From an uncultured Dehalococcoidales bacterium (GTDB taxonomy: Bacteria; Chloroflexota; Dehalococcoidia; Lucifugimonadales; Lucifugimonadaceae), in assembly GCA_964424025.1 (NCBI GenBank), contig CAYRHG010000072.1, positions 646 to 64,645 on the forward strand: a stretch of DNA of 64,000 nt, given 5' to 3'. The notes under the pieces are model-generated. The model was not told the origin of the DNA. It was given only the letters and a program-made list of their open reading frames with translations, and ran no database searches. Of the stretch, positions 52,873-61,404 are shown piece after piece. How positions within the stretch are numbered: the first letter of the stretch is position 1; each line of letters opens with the position of its first letter. Made by a program: the position numbers and the translations under genes.

Positions 52873-55002
52873 ATGTTTGAAGTAGCGGGCCGCGCCGATT
52901 TCTGGAACATCGGTTACCCGCTGTTGGGGGCTATCGTCTATCTGATAGCGCCCATTTCGATCGCATTCATCGCCTATGGGCTCTACCGACGTGTGAGATT
53001 TTGGCGCGTCGGGGCAGAATATGACGAGTTAGGTCGACACTCGGACCGGATTCTAGAATTCTTTCGTGCCGGAGCGTTCGGGTTCGGTGGCCACGGGAAG
53101 TTTCATCCGCGCCGCGAGAGATACGCGAGCATCATGCACTTCGCCATCTTTTGGGGTTTCGCCGTTCTGTTCGTCGCGACCACGTTCGCGGCGATCGAAT
53201 TCAATTTCGAGGAGTACCTCGGGCTGACTTTCCCGACAGCGTACTTCCGGTTGCAGACCGGTTTGATCTGGGACGTTTTTGGCGGTGTTTTGGCGTTGAT
53301 CGGCATCGGCATGGCATATTGGCGCCGGTATTTCACGAAACCCGAGCGATTGAACACATTCGCCGATGATTCGTTCATATTGGCGTATCTGCTCCTGTTG
53401 GTGCTAACAGGTTTTGCTTTGGAAGGTCTACGGATTGGAGCCACCGAACTAAATGCCAGATCGGAGCTTTACGCTCCGCACGAAGCGATTTGGTCTCCAG
53501 TTGGTTGGGTTTTTGCCGGTGCATTCGCAATAGCAGGAATGTCAACGGACGCAATGGTGTCCATCCACAAAGCTCTTTGGTGGGTTCATGCCGCAATATT
53601 CGCCGTGGGCCTAGCGTATGCCGCAATCAGTTTCAGCAAGCTTTCTCACATCATTGTTTCCAGCCTGAACATCTACTTGCAGCCGATGAGGCCGCGCGGC
53701 GCGCTGAAACCCATGGGCGATTTCGAATCGCTCGAATCGTTTGGCGCATCCGACCTGAAGGATTTGACGTGGCAACAGCTCCTGAGCTACGACGCTTGCA
53801 CGAACTGTGGACGATGCCAGGACAACTGCCCGGCTTGGGCGTCAGGCAAGCCTCTTTCGCCGCGCAAGGTCATACAGGACATGCGTGGTTACATGGAACG
53901 CCGTGCTCCGGAAATAATCGGTGCCCAAGCAGTTGAAGAACCCACACCCCAAGCGTCGATTTCAATGGTGAGCGATGCCGTCGGTGAGGAAGTGCTTTGG
54001 TCTTGTACGACCTGCGCGGCGTGCGTGGAGGCCTGCCCTGTGGGCATCTCGCACATCGATTCGATAGTGGACATGCGTCGCTATCTCATGCTCGAGCAAG
54101 CTTCGGCACCAGATACGGCATTATCCGCTCTACAGTCGATGGAGCAACGGGGCCACCCATGGAGCGGGACGACACTTACGCGAGATTCGTGGCTCGAGGG
54201 CGTAGATGGCATTCCAACAATCGACGAAAACCCGAATCCCGATGTTCTCTTTTGGGTCGGATGCACCGGAGCGTTGGTCGAACGCGGCATCAGCGTTACT
54301 CAATCCATGGCATCGGTTCTAAAGAAAGCCAACGTCAATTTCGCCGTGCTGGCATCTCAAGAGACCTGTACCGGAGATCCTGCACGACGGATGGGTAACG
54401 AGTACCTGTTTCAGATCCTGGCAGGGCAGAACATAGAAACCATCAACGGCCACGATATCAAGACGATCCTTACGACGTGTCCACACTGCTTCAACACGAT
54501 GCGGAACGAATACGGCCAAGTGGCCAACACCTTTGATTCAACATGGGATGTCGAAGTCCTGCATTACACCGAATTCGTCGATCGACTGATCGCTGAGGGA
54601 CGCTTAACGATGGCTGTTTCACAGTTGAAGGATCAGGGATCGAGCGCCGGTTCCAGCAACGTGACCTATCACGATTCCTGCTACTTGGGTAGGCACAACA
54701 ATATCTACGATCAGCCAAGGGCCATCGCGGACGCCGTACCGGGTGTCGAGTTGCGTGAAATGTCGCAGTGCCGTTCCCGCGGCTTTTGCTGTGGTGCCGG
54801 CGGAGGGCGAATGTGGATGGAAGAAAGCGGTACCAGAGTTAACCACATTCGCACGGATCACTTCCTCGAAACCGACTCTGATACAGTCGCGGTCTCGTGC
54901 CCGTTCTGCCTCCAGATGTTCGAGGAGGGCATTTCAGCCAAAGGTCAACAGGACGCGAAGCGCGCAAAAGATTTGATCGAGTTGGTTGACGAAGTGACCT
55001 GA
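52873..55002 (+). CDS. membrane-anchored (Fe-S)-binding reductase: NarI/DsrM-like TM domain fused to HdrD/DsrK-like domain
   Basis: 709-aa ORF. About 5-6 N-terminal TM helices, two 4Fe-4S motifs (CTNCGRCQDNCP, CTTCAACVEACP), and two CCG-type Cys-rich regions (CPHCFNT; CCGAGGG...CPFCLQM). Confidence 0.75.
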   Translation: MFEVAGRADFWNIGYPLLGAIVYLIAPISIAFIAYGLYRRVRFWRVGAEYDELGRHSDRILEFFRAGAFGFGGHGKFHPRRERYASIMHFAIFWGFAVLFVATTFAAIEFNFEEYLGLTFPTAYFRLQTGLIWDVFGGVLALIGIGMAYWRRYFTKPERLNTFADDSFILAYLLLLVLTGFALEGLRIGATELNARSELYAPHEAIWSPVGWVFAGAFAIAGMSTDAMVSIHKALWWVHAAIFAVGLAYAAISFSKLSHIIVSSLNIYLQPMRPRGALKPMGDFESLESFGASDLKDLTWQQLLSYDACTNCGRCQDNCPAWASGKPLSPRKVIQDMRGYMERRAPEIIGAQAVEEPTPQASISMVSDAVGEEVLWSCTTCAACVEACPVGISHIDSIVDMRRYLMLEQASAPDTALSALQSMEQRGHPWSGTTLTRDSWLEGVDGIPTIDENPNPDVLFWVGCTGALVERGISVTQSMASVLKKANVNFAVLASQETCTGDPARRMGNEYLFQILAGQNIETINGHDIKTILTTCPHCFNTMRNEYGQVANTFDSTWDVEVLHYTEFVDRLIAEGRLTMAVSQLKDQGSSAGSSNVTYHDSCYLGRHNNIYDQPRAIADAVPGVELREMSQCRSRGFCCGAGGGRMWMEESGTRVNHIRTDHFLETDSDTVAVSCPFCLQMFEEGISAKGQQDAKRAKDLIELVDEVT

Positions 55003-55095
55003 TCCCAATCAGGTGACGCCGTTGGTGGCCGATTTAGTATCATTTCGGTTCGCTGAACTTGAGCAAAACGCCAAGCAAGGATTGAGAGTTAACCC

Positions 55096-55488
55096 ATGCC
55101 CTATCTGGTCAACCACATTCACGTTAAGTCAAAAGACCCCAAGAAGACCGCCGATTGGTTTGTCGAGGCGTTCAATGTGCAAATCATATCCGACACAGTT
55201 CGCGACTTCGGTGACCACTTCATAGTTACACAGACCGAAGGCGGCCTGGCGATCAACATCTCCAATGAACGCACTGGCGAGACTCTTGGTCCAGGCGACG
55301 CGAAGCCCCACTTCGGCCTAGAACACTTCGGTTTCGACACCGACGACATGGATGCGGATTTGGCTCGTCTGACGGCGTTGGGCGCCGAGGTTCAGGAAGG
55401 TCCAATCGACCTGCCGGACGGCCGCAAAATCGGCTTCATCGCCGCGCCAGGCGATATCCGGATTGAACTGATCCAACAGGTGAGTTAG
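55096..55488 (+). CDS. VOC (glyoxalase/bleomycin-resistance/dioxygenase) family protein
   Basis: 130-aa ORF. HIHVKS..P..T..WF and GLEHFGF motifs. Confidence 0.7.
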   Translation: MPYLVNHIHVKSKDPKKTADWFVEAFNVQIISDTVRDFGDHFIVTQTEGGLAINISNERTGETLGPGDAKPHFGLEHFGFDTDDMDADLARLTALGAEVQEGPIDLPDGRKIGFIAAPGDIRIELIQQVS

Positions 55489-55557
55489 GCGCATCGGCGA
55501 CGGTCAAACATCGGTTCAATTGGTCGGCAGGACCGCTGGCGACCGATTGAATTGCCA

Positions 55558-56040
55558 TCACACCAACTCCAACTTCGCGGTCACATCGATGCTCCCCGAG
55601 ATGCTCTTGTAGACCGGGCACGAGTTGGGGTGCACCCTCATCACCCGTTCGATCGCATCCCGTTTCTCTTCCAACATCGCTGAGTCGACTTTCAGTTTGT
55701 AGGTGATGTGGATGCGCTTGATCACCAATACGTTCCGTTCTTTCTCGATTTCGCCGACCGCATCAGATTCTAGGTAGCCCTCACCTGCCGGAACACCGCG
55801 CGCCTCAAGGGCGCCGCCAAAAGTCCCGGTCATTCAGCCGCTGGTCGCCGCCACGATGTAATCGAGCGTCGTCGCGTGCGGTTCCGAGATGTCTGGACTG
55901 ACACCATAATGTTCGGCGACTTCGGAATGAACGCCGAACTTGACCGGGCCATCGATCGGCAGATGCGCGATCCGGTACGGACCCTTGATCCGCTGCAAGT
56001 TGATCAGCGAGCGATACGCTACCGGGTCTTCAGTGGACAT
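55558..56040 (-). CDS. OsmC-like protein interrupted by a single in-frame TGA at the predicted catalytic Cys position (candidate selenoprotein; alternatively pseudogene)
   Basis: ORFs 55834..56154 and 55558..55833 share a frame and are separated only by TGA (55834-55836). The joined product from ATG 56040 is ~160 aa: ..TLDYIVAATSG[TGA]MTGTFGGALEARG......HPNSCPVYKS.. The second OsmC Cys is present. Confidence 0.55.
55788..55829 (-). promoter_or_regulatory. candidate bacterial SECIS-like hairpin downstream of the in-frame UGA
   Basis: On the mRNA, +8..+49 after the UGA: a lower helix CCGGGAC / GUUCCGG (7 bp including a G-U), an internal loop, an upper helix GCGCC / GGCGC, and apical loop CUUGA. 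Folded by hand. Confidence 0.35.
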
Positions 56041-56132
56041 TGCATACCTTTCGTGAAATGTTGAACGACTGGATTGGACTAGAATATCGCAACGCGGCAT
56101 CGCTCCGCACATGATCCGAATCGTCGACTTCG

Positions 56133-56582
56133 ATGAACTTCTTTCGTATTCCACCCGTTCCGCCGACGATCTTCACCGTTGTTGCGGCGTTGATACACAA
56201 CACGCTTTGGCCTATCGAGCCATTGAATGAGCCTTGGCACCTCATCAGCGGAGGGATCATCATCACCATCGCGGTCATAATGTTCGGATCGTCGCTCGCT
56301 GCTTTCCGTCGTAATCGAGAGAGTTTCGATATCCGTAAACCTACTGAAAACCTGGTTACCGACGGGATCTACGCGACGTCTCGAAACCCAGCCTATCTGG
56401 CGATGATTATCGGGATATTCGGAATAGGATGCGCGACAAACTCATTAGCGATCATGTTGGCCACGATCCCTTCATTCATCGTGTTCAACTGGTACACGAT
56501 CCCGTGGGAAGAGCGCCGTCTGCGCCGAACTCTAGGTTTCAAGTACGACGAGTACGCCAAGCGGGTCAGGAGATGGCTCTGA
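56133..56582 (+). CDS. isoprenylcysteine carboxyl methyltransferase (ICMT) / phospholipid methyltransferase family membrane protein
   Basis: 149-aa ORF. GIYATSRNPAYL and EERRL....G..Y.EY..RV.RW motifs. Confidence 0.7.
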   Translation: MNFFRIPPVPPTIFTVVAALIHNTLWPIEPLNEPWHLISGGIIITIAVIMFGSSLAAFRRNRESFDIRKPTENLVTDGIYATSRNPAYLAMIIGIFGIGCATNSLAIMLATIPSFIVFNWYTIPWEERRLRRTLGFKYDEYAKRVRRWL

Positions 56583-56591
56583 GCAGTCCCT

Positions 56592-57434
56592 CTAATGCGT
56601 CTCGGAAGCCACCGGATACGACCCAAGCACTTTGACAACTGGGGCTAATTCGCGCAGCCCTTCCAATGTCTCCGAGATTTCTGGGTCGGTGCGGTGACCG
56701 ATGAAATCGAGCAGAAAGACGTAGTTGCCGAGTTCGTCGCCCGTGGGACGAGATTCGATCTTGGTGAGGTTGATGTTCCGCCTCGCGAAGGGTTCCAAAG
56801 CCATGTACAGCTGGCCGGGCGTATCGCGGTTCATGAAACTGAACGCAATGCTGGTTTTATCGGAACCGGTCGGTTCGTGATCGGTGTCAGACAGTATCAC
56901 GAAACGCGTGACGTTGTTTTGCCGATCTTGGATACTTGAGCGGATCACGGGTAAGCCGACAAGATCCGCAGCTCTCTGGGGCCCCACAGCGGCAACTTCC
57001 CGCGGTCCAGTCCTGACGCCGTAAGCCGCCTCCACAGTGCTCGCAGTCCCGACCCTCACGGCATCGGGTAGATGAGTGTCGAGGAACATTCGACACTGAG
57101 ACAGCGCTTCAGGTTTGGATCTAACGATTTTGATTTCGGAAAGGTCGACCCCCGCGTGAGCGATGAGACACTGTTCGATGCTCAGCAGCAGCTCGCCCTT
57201 GATTTGAACATTTGATGACCGGACCAGAAAATCCGCGATGTCGATGACTGCGCCGCCCACGCTGTTTTCGATTGGCGCTATCGCCTCATCAACTTCGCCA
57301 TCTTCGAGCGCACCCAACACTCGGTGCATTTCGGGGAAGCCGACGCGCTCCCAGTCATCAGGCGCGTAGACATGGCAAGCCTGGTCAGTGAAGGTGCCCT
57401 CTGGTCCGAGGTATGAGATCCGTTTAGATGACAA
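56592..57434 (-). CDS. pheA: prephenate dehydratase
   Basis: 280-aa ORF. YLGPEGTFT start, TRF and ESRP motifs, and a C-terminal ACT domain. Confidence 0.85.
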   Translation of the reverse strand: MSSKRISYLGPEGTFTDQACHVYAPDDWERVGFPEMHRVLGALEDGEVDEAIAPIENSVGGAVIDIADFLVRSSNVQIKGELLLSIEQCLIAHAGVDLSEIKIVRSKPEALSQCRMFLDTHLPDAVRVGTASTVEAAYGVRTGPREVAAVGPQRAADLVGLPVIRSSIQDRQNNVTRFVILSDTDHEPTGSDKTSIAFSFMNRDTPGQLYMALEPFARRNINLTKIESRPTGDELGNYVFLLDFIGHRTDPEISETLEGLRELAPVVKVLGSYPVASETH

Positions 57435-58107
57435 AGGAAGAGAATCTCTGGCCCGTCAACACGTACGCTAGTTCGTCCAATGCTTCTACTGGGCACGAAG
57501 CGATCACTTCTTCGCCCCCGAGTATGACGGTATCTTCGTTCGGGACGAATGGGGAGCCGACGTTGGAGACTATGAGACTGATGATTATCCCGTAAGGTAG
57601 GGCCAGATCTCGGAATCGATTCCCGACCGACCGTGCGTTTTGCGGGATCTTCATCGAAACTAGCTTTTCGTTGCGATCATTCAACGTCATCAGTTCCACC
57701 ATCGGGTGGTCTAGCAACGTCCCGGCGAGATTGGCCAAAATGATGTCCGTCCGGCTCACGATGTTGTCCACGCCGGCGGCGAGGAACAGATTCGTATCCG
57801 TGCTTTCGTTGACGATCGCGATGACGGTCTCGACGTTAAACGTGAATTTCGCGAGCTGGCAAGAAGCTAAATTCACCGCATCGTCACCAGTCGTGGCGAG
57901 AAACGCATCGCAACGGTTTATGCCTGCACTGGAGAGTGTGAACTCCTCCGTGGCATCCCCCAGCATACCGACGTTGCCCAGGCTTTTCTGAACCTTGGCA
58001 ATGCGCGCCTCATCGGTATCGAGCAACAAAACTTCGTGACCTGCATGTAGCTGCGAATATGCGCTTCGAGTGCCCAGCGCGCCGGCGCCGACGATCATGA
58101 CGTACAT
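57424..58107 (-). CDS. TrkA/KtrA-type RCK protein (TrkA-N + TrkA-C)
   Basis: 227-aa ORF with Rossmann motif VGAGALG and a C-terminal TrkA-C-like region. Confidence 0.75.
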   Translation of the reverse strand: MYVMIVGAGALGTRSAYSQLHAGHEVLLLDTDEARIAKVQKSLGNVGMLGDATEEFTLSSAGINRCDAFLATTGDDAVNLASCQLAKFTFNVETVIAIVNESTDTNLFLAAGVDNIVSRTDIILANLAGTLLDHPMVELMTLNDRNEKLVSMKIPQNARSVGNRFRDLALPYGIIISLIVSNVGSPFVPNEDTVILGGEEVIASCPVEALDELAYVLTGQRFSSFVI

Positions 58108-58132
58108 TTCGGGTGGTCCTGGGTCGTAGCGA

Positions 58133-58603
58133 CTATCGATTCTGCACTGAGGCGATGGCTTGCTCGGCCGCCAACACGCCGATGTCGGATGTGTCGATCC
58201 CCATAGCGTCGCGCAGATTAGACAGAGCTAGCGTATACGGGTTGATGGCGTGGATGCCGAATCGCTCGTAAATCTTGCCCAACGCTTCGTTGGTGACAAC
58301 GGCGACTACATTTTCGACGCCGTACGTCAACTTCGCTTTTAAGGCCGCGAGACCATTATCAGCCGGGGTTCGGAGCGCCGCTATAAACATGTCGGCTCCG
58401 CGAATGTCCATGGCTATCATCGTCTCATCCAGGGTAGGTTGGGCTTCAAGCACATCAACGTTGGGCCGGGCTACTAGATGGCTCGGGAATGAGCGCAAGC
58501 GTCGGCCTTCAGCTTCAACGATCAATACCTCGTGTCCTGATTCGCTGAGGATATTTGCCATCACGATGCCCAAACGATCGTGACCTGCGATTACGACTCT
58601 CAT
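58133..58603 (-). CDS. TrkA-N-like domain protein with degenerate dinucleotide-binding motif
   Basis: 156-aa ORF. MRVVIAGHDRLG replaces the GxGxxG motif. No TrkA-C domain. Confidence 0.55.
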   Translation of the reverse strand: MRVVIAGHDRLGIVMANILSESGHEVLIVEAEGRRLRSFPSHLVARPNVDVLEAQPTLDETMIAMDIRGADMFIAALRTPADNGLAALKAKLTYGVENVVAVVTNEALGKIYERFGIHAINPYTLALSNLRDAMGIDTSDIGVLAAEQAIASVQNR

Positions 58604-58666
58604 CTGTTCAATTGTCGTTTGACGTAGCTAGTCCGACGGGATCTTGTTTTTCACATTATCGGCGAA

Positions 58667-59152
58667 TCAAATCATGTGCGCTACGCCATGAGGAGCACGT
58701 GAGTTCGCCCGGTCGTCTTCAGTGTCGAAACCAAGTACGCTGGTGCGGTGCAAAACAACCGCACATGGCGCGTTCGCCAACAGGTATTCCGAGTCTGGGT
58801 CGATCATTTTCGAGCCGAACGACGTCAGCACTCTTACGCCGGCTACTATGGCTTCCGCTCCGTAATCCAAAGCTTCGCGTATAAGCACGGGAGCGATCGA
58901 GCGCGACTGTAAGATCACGCCGCGAGATTCGCCGCGGATCCCGGCCGTTTGTTCGGCGTTCCGTAACACGCGCTCCGCCTCCCTGTGCACTTGCTGATCT
59001 GCTTCGTCAATAGCGTGGCTCCTCTCGACCACGATAACGTAGACAAACCGGATGCTACGGTGGTTTCCTGTTAGTTGGCTGACCGCGGTGCGGATCACTT
59101 CCTCGTCCGTCTCATCGCCACGGACCAGACACATTACGCGTGAATACGTCAT
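58667..59152 (-). CDS. universal stress protein (UspA) family
   Basis: 161-aa ORF. Usp-like alpha/beta pattern with a C-terminal G....S....LL..A.C.V.V segment. Confidence 0.7.
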   Translation of the reverse strand: MTYSRVMCLVRGDETDEEVIRTAVSQLTGNHRSIRFVYVIVVERSHAIDEADQQVHREAERVLRNAEQTAGIRGESRGVILQSRSIAPVLIREALDYGAEAIVAGVRVLTSFGSKMIDPDSEYLLANAPCAVVLHRTSVLGFDTEDDRANSRAPHGVAHMI

Positions 59153-59808
59153 CCAGCCAGGTCATCCACTAGATCTTTATCGCCGGCGATGATGATCTCG
59201 TCGGAATCTCGAACTCGTTCGTCGAGGCTAGGAATCAATCGTGCGGTCTCGTTGCGGATTAGAGCGAGAACGGAAAGATGGTTCTGATCGGCAAACTCGG
59301 TGAAACCTGCTTCACGCAGCGTCTTGTCGTGAAACCTTTCGGGCAAAGCGACTCTGCTGATGCCTTGCGCACCACCCAGCGAGATGTATTCCGCGACGTT
59401 GGGTGTGAACAGCGATTGAGCCAATCTCTTCCCGGCCTCTTCCTCTGCGTTTATGATCTTGTCGCAACCGATGCGTTGCAACGTCTCTTCGTGCAGACGG
59501 TTACGGGCGCGTGCCACGACCATCGGGATGTTGAGGGATCTCAGCAACACCGCTGTCATGATGCTGGATTCCACGTTGCGCCCGATCGCGACGATCGCGA
59601 CGTCAAAGTTCTCCACACCTAAATCCCGCATCAAAACTTCGTCGGTGACGTCGCCTGCAACCGAATAGGTTACGCGTCCGATCAAATCTTGTATTCGAGC
59701 CTGATCGCGGTCGATCGCCAACACATCGTGACCAAGTTGAAACAATGATGTGGCGACTTGCGAGCCGAAACGTCCGACGCCAGCTACAACTATGTTTTGA
59801 CCTGCCAT
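59149..59808 (-). CDS. trkA: potassium uptake protein TrkA/KtrA
   Basis: 219-aa ORF. VAGVGRFG Rossmann motif and TrkA-C domain. Its stop overlaps the usp start by 4 nt. Confidence 0.85.
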   Translation of the reverse strand: MAGQNIVVAGVGRFGSQVATSLFQLGHDVLAIDRDQARIQDLIGRVTYSVAGDVTDEVLMRDLGVENFDVAIVAIGRNVESSIMTAVLLRSLNIPMVVARARNRLHEETLQRIGCDKIINAEEEAGKRLAQSLFTPNVAEYISLGGAQGISRVALPERFHDKTLREAGFTEFADQNHLSVLALIRNETARLIPSLDERVRDSDEIIIAGDKDLVDDLAG

Positions 59809-59854
59809 ATGTTGTCCGCCCCAGATCAGGAGCGATCGTTAGATCCATCCAGCG

Positions 59855-61318
59855 TCAACCGATTCTAACCTCTTCGGTCGGAAGGGCGAATCGGTCGTTG
59901 GTCTGACGGCCCGCCATCAGCAGCGCGAGTGACAACGGCCCGAACCTGCCAAGGAACATCGAAACAATCACGATGACCTGCGTGGGAGCGTTTAGATCCG
60001 GCGTGATACCTGTGGACAGCCCTACCGTGGCTGCGGCTGAAACCACTTCGAAAAAGACATCTCGAAACTGCAAGTCTGATTGCGTCTGCAATGCCAAATA
60101 CGCTACGAACACGACGATCGAGGCAGCGATTGCCGCGACTACCAACGCCCGTTGAACCGTAAACGGCGGAATCTGGCTCCGAAAAATGTTGGTCGCTGAT
60201 CGACCTGTCATCGTCGCAAACGTCGCGAACACGATCACCATAAAGGTATTCACCTTTATTCCACCTCCGGTGGTGCCCGACACTCCCCCGATGAACATCA
60301 ACACTTCGGTTGAAAAATCGGTCGAGCTAGAGACCTCGCCATAATCGATCACCGAGAATCCTGATGATCGGGTCGTGACTGAGTGGAACGTCGCATCCGC
60401 GACCTTTTGGATCAGATTCTCGCCACCGGAAGTCGCCACGTTTCCCCACTCACCAAATGCGTACGTCGCGAAACCAAGCAAAAACAGGAATACCGAACCG
60501 ATTAGCACGAGTTTGCTGTCGAGTCGCAATAACGCGAATCGTTTCTTGCGCCATACATCGCTCCAAAAGACGTAGCCTGTGCTTCCCGCAAAAATCAGGA
60601 CTGCGAAGACAAATAGCGTGAAATAATCGGCACCGAAACCGATTAGACTTCCGCCGCCGACAACATCATCGGGCAAAATTTCGATGCCAGCGTTGTTGAA
60701 CGCAGATATACCGTGAAAAAGACCTAACCACAGCGACTTCCAAAACCCGAATCCTTCCCAGACGTTTCGCACAAAAGTCCAGTACAGCCACAAAACGATG
60801 AAGCCGACAAATTGCAGTGCGACGGCAAAGACGACGATGTTCCTGACCAAAACGGTTATGCCACCCAATTGACCTTCACCCAGACCCTCCCGCACTATCA
60901 ATCTGTTCTGCAACCCCAGTTCTTGGCCTACCAAAATAATCAGAAAAGCCGCGCCGGTCATGAATCCGAGACCGCCTATGAAGATCAAGGACAATATCAC
61001 CGCCTGGCCGAATAACGTCCAGTGGTCCAGAGTGTCAACCGTCACCAGGCCGGTAACGGTGACTGCCGTAGAAGCGGTGAAAAGGCAGGTGAGGAAGTCA
61101 GCCACTCCCGGTCCCTCGCTCGAGATTGGCAGCATCAGCAAGCCAGTTCCGATCGCGTTGATGATCAAGAATCCGTAAATCAGCGACATCGGCGACGTGA
61201 GTCCGCGCACCGAGATTGTTCGGGGCGCTACAGGGATGTCGGTGGGGGAAGTCTCTGCCGAGCGAGGGACTCGAACCGCCTGATCGCCAATTCGTTCTCG
61301 CGAGTCCTGGGCAGCCAT
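59855..61318 (-). CDS. trkH: potassium transporter TrkH/KtrB
   Basis: 487-aa multi-TM ORF with repeated M1-P-M2-like units and the selectivity-filter-type glycine motifs of the TrkH/KtrB family. Start uncertain (alternative ATG 61189). Confidence 0.85.
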   Translation of the reverse strand: MAAQDSRERIGDQAVRVPRSAETSPTDIPVAPRTISVRGLTSPMSLIYGFLIINAIGTGLLMLPISSEGPGVADFLTCLFTASTAVTVTGLVTVDTLDHWTLFGQAVILSLIFIGGLGFMTGAAFLIILVGQELGLQNRLIVREGLGEGQLGGITVLVRNIVVFAVALQFVGFIVLWLYWTFVRNVWEGFGFWKSLWLGLFHGISAFNNAGIEILPDDVVGGGSLIGFGADYFTLFVFAVLIFAGSTGYVFWSDVWRKKRFALLRLDSKLVLIGSVFLFLLGFATYAFGEWGNVATSGGENLIQKVADATFHSVTTRSSGFSVIDYGEVSSSTDFSTEVLMFIGGVSGTTGGGIKVNTFMVIVFATFATMTGRSATNIFRSQIPPFTVQRALVVAAIAASIVVFVAYLALQTQSDLQFRDVFFEVVSAAATVGLSTGITPDLNAPTQVIVIVSMFLGRFGPLSLALLMAGRQTNDRFALPTEEVRIG

Positions 61319-61404
61319 TTCGATAGTTTCAGTTACGGTTTTGGCGGTAACTTAGCCAACATTCTAGGGTAAGCACCGCTCGAAACGGTGAGTAACGCCG
61401 ATCG

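Noticed and set aside
61268-61278. tRNA T-loop-like motif GGTTCGAGTCC (minus strand) near the trkH 5' end
   Set aside because: The putative T-stem has a C-C mismatch, no complementary acceptor-stem 5' strand exists upstream, and the motif lies within the possible trkH N-terminal coding region. It is not a tRNA or a convincing tRNA fragment.
61190-61404. c-di-AMP (ydaO-type) riboswitch upstream of the K+ transporter genes
   Set aside because: The spacer is short and I could not find the paired ACGGGG/CCC pseudo-symmetric motifs. Only a weak terminator-like hairpin for the upstream gene is present.
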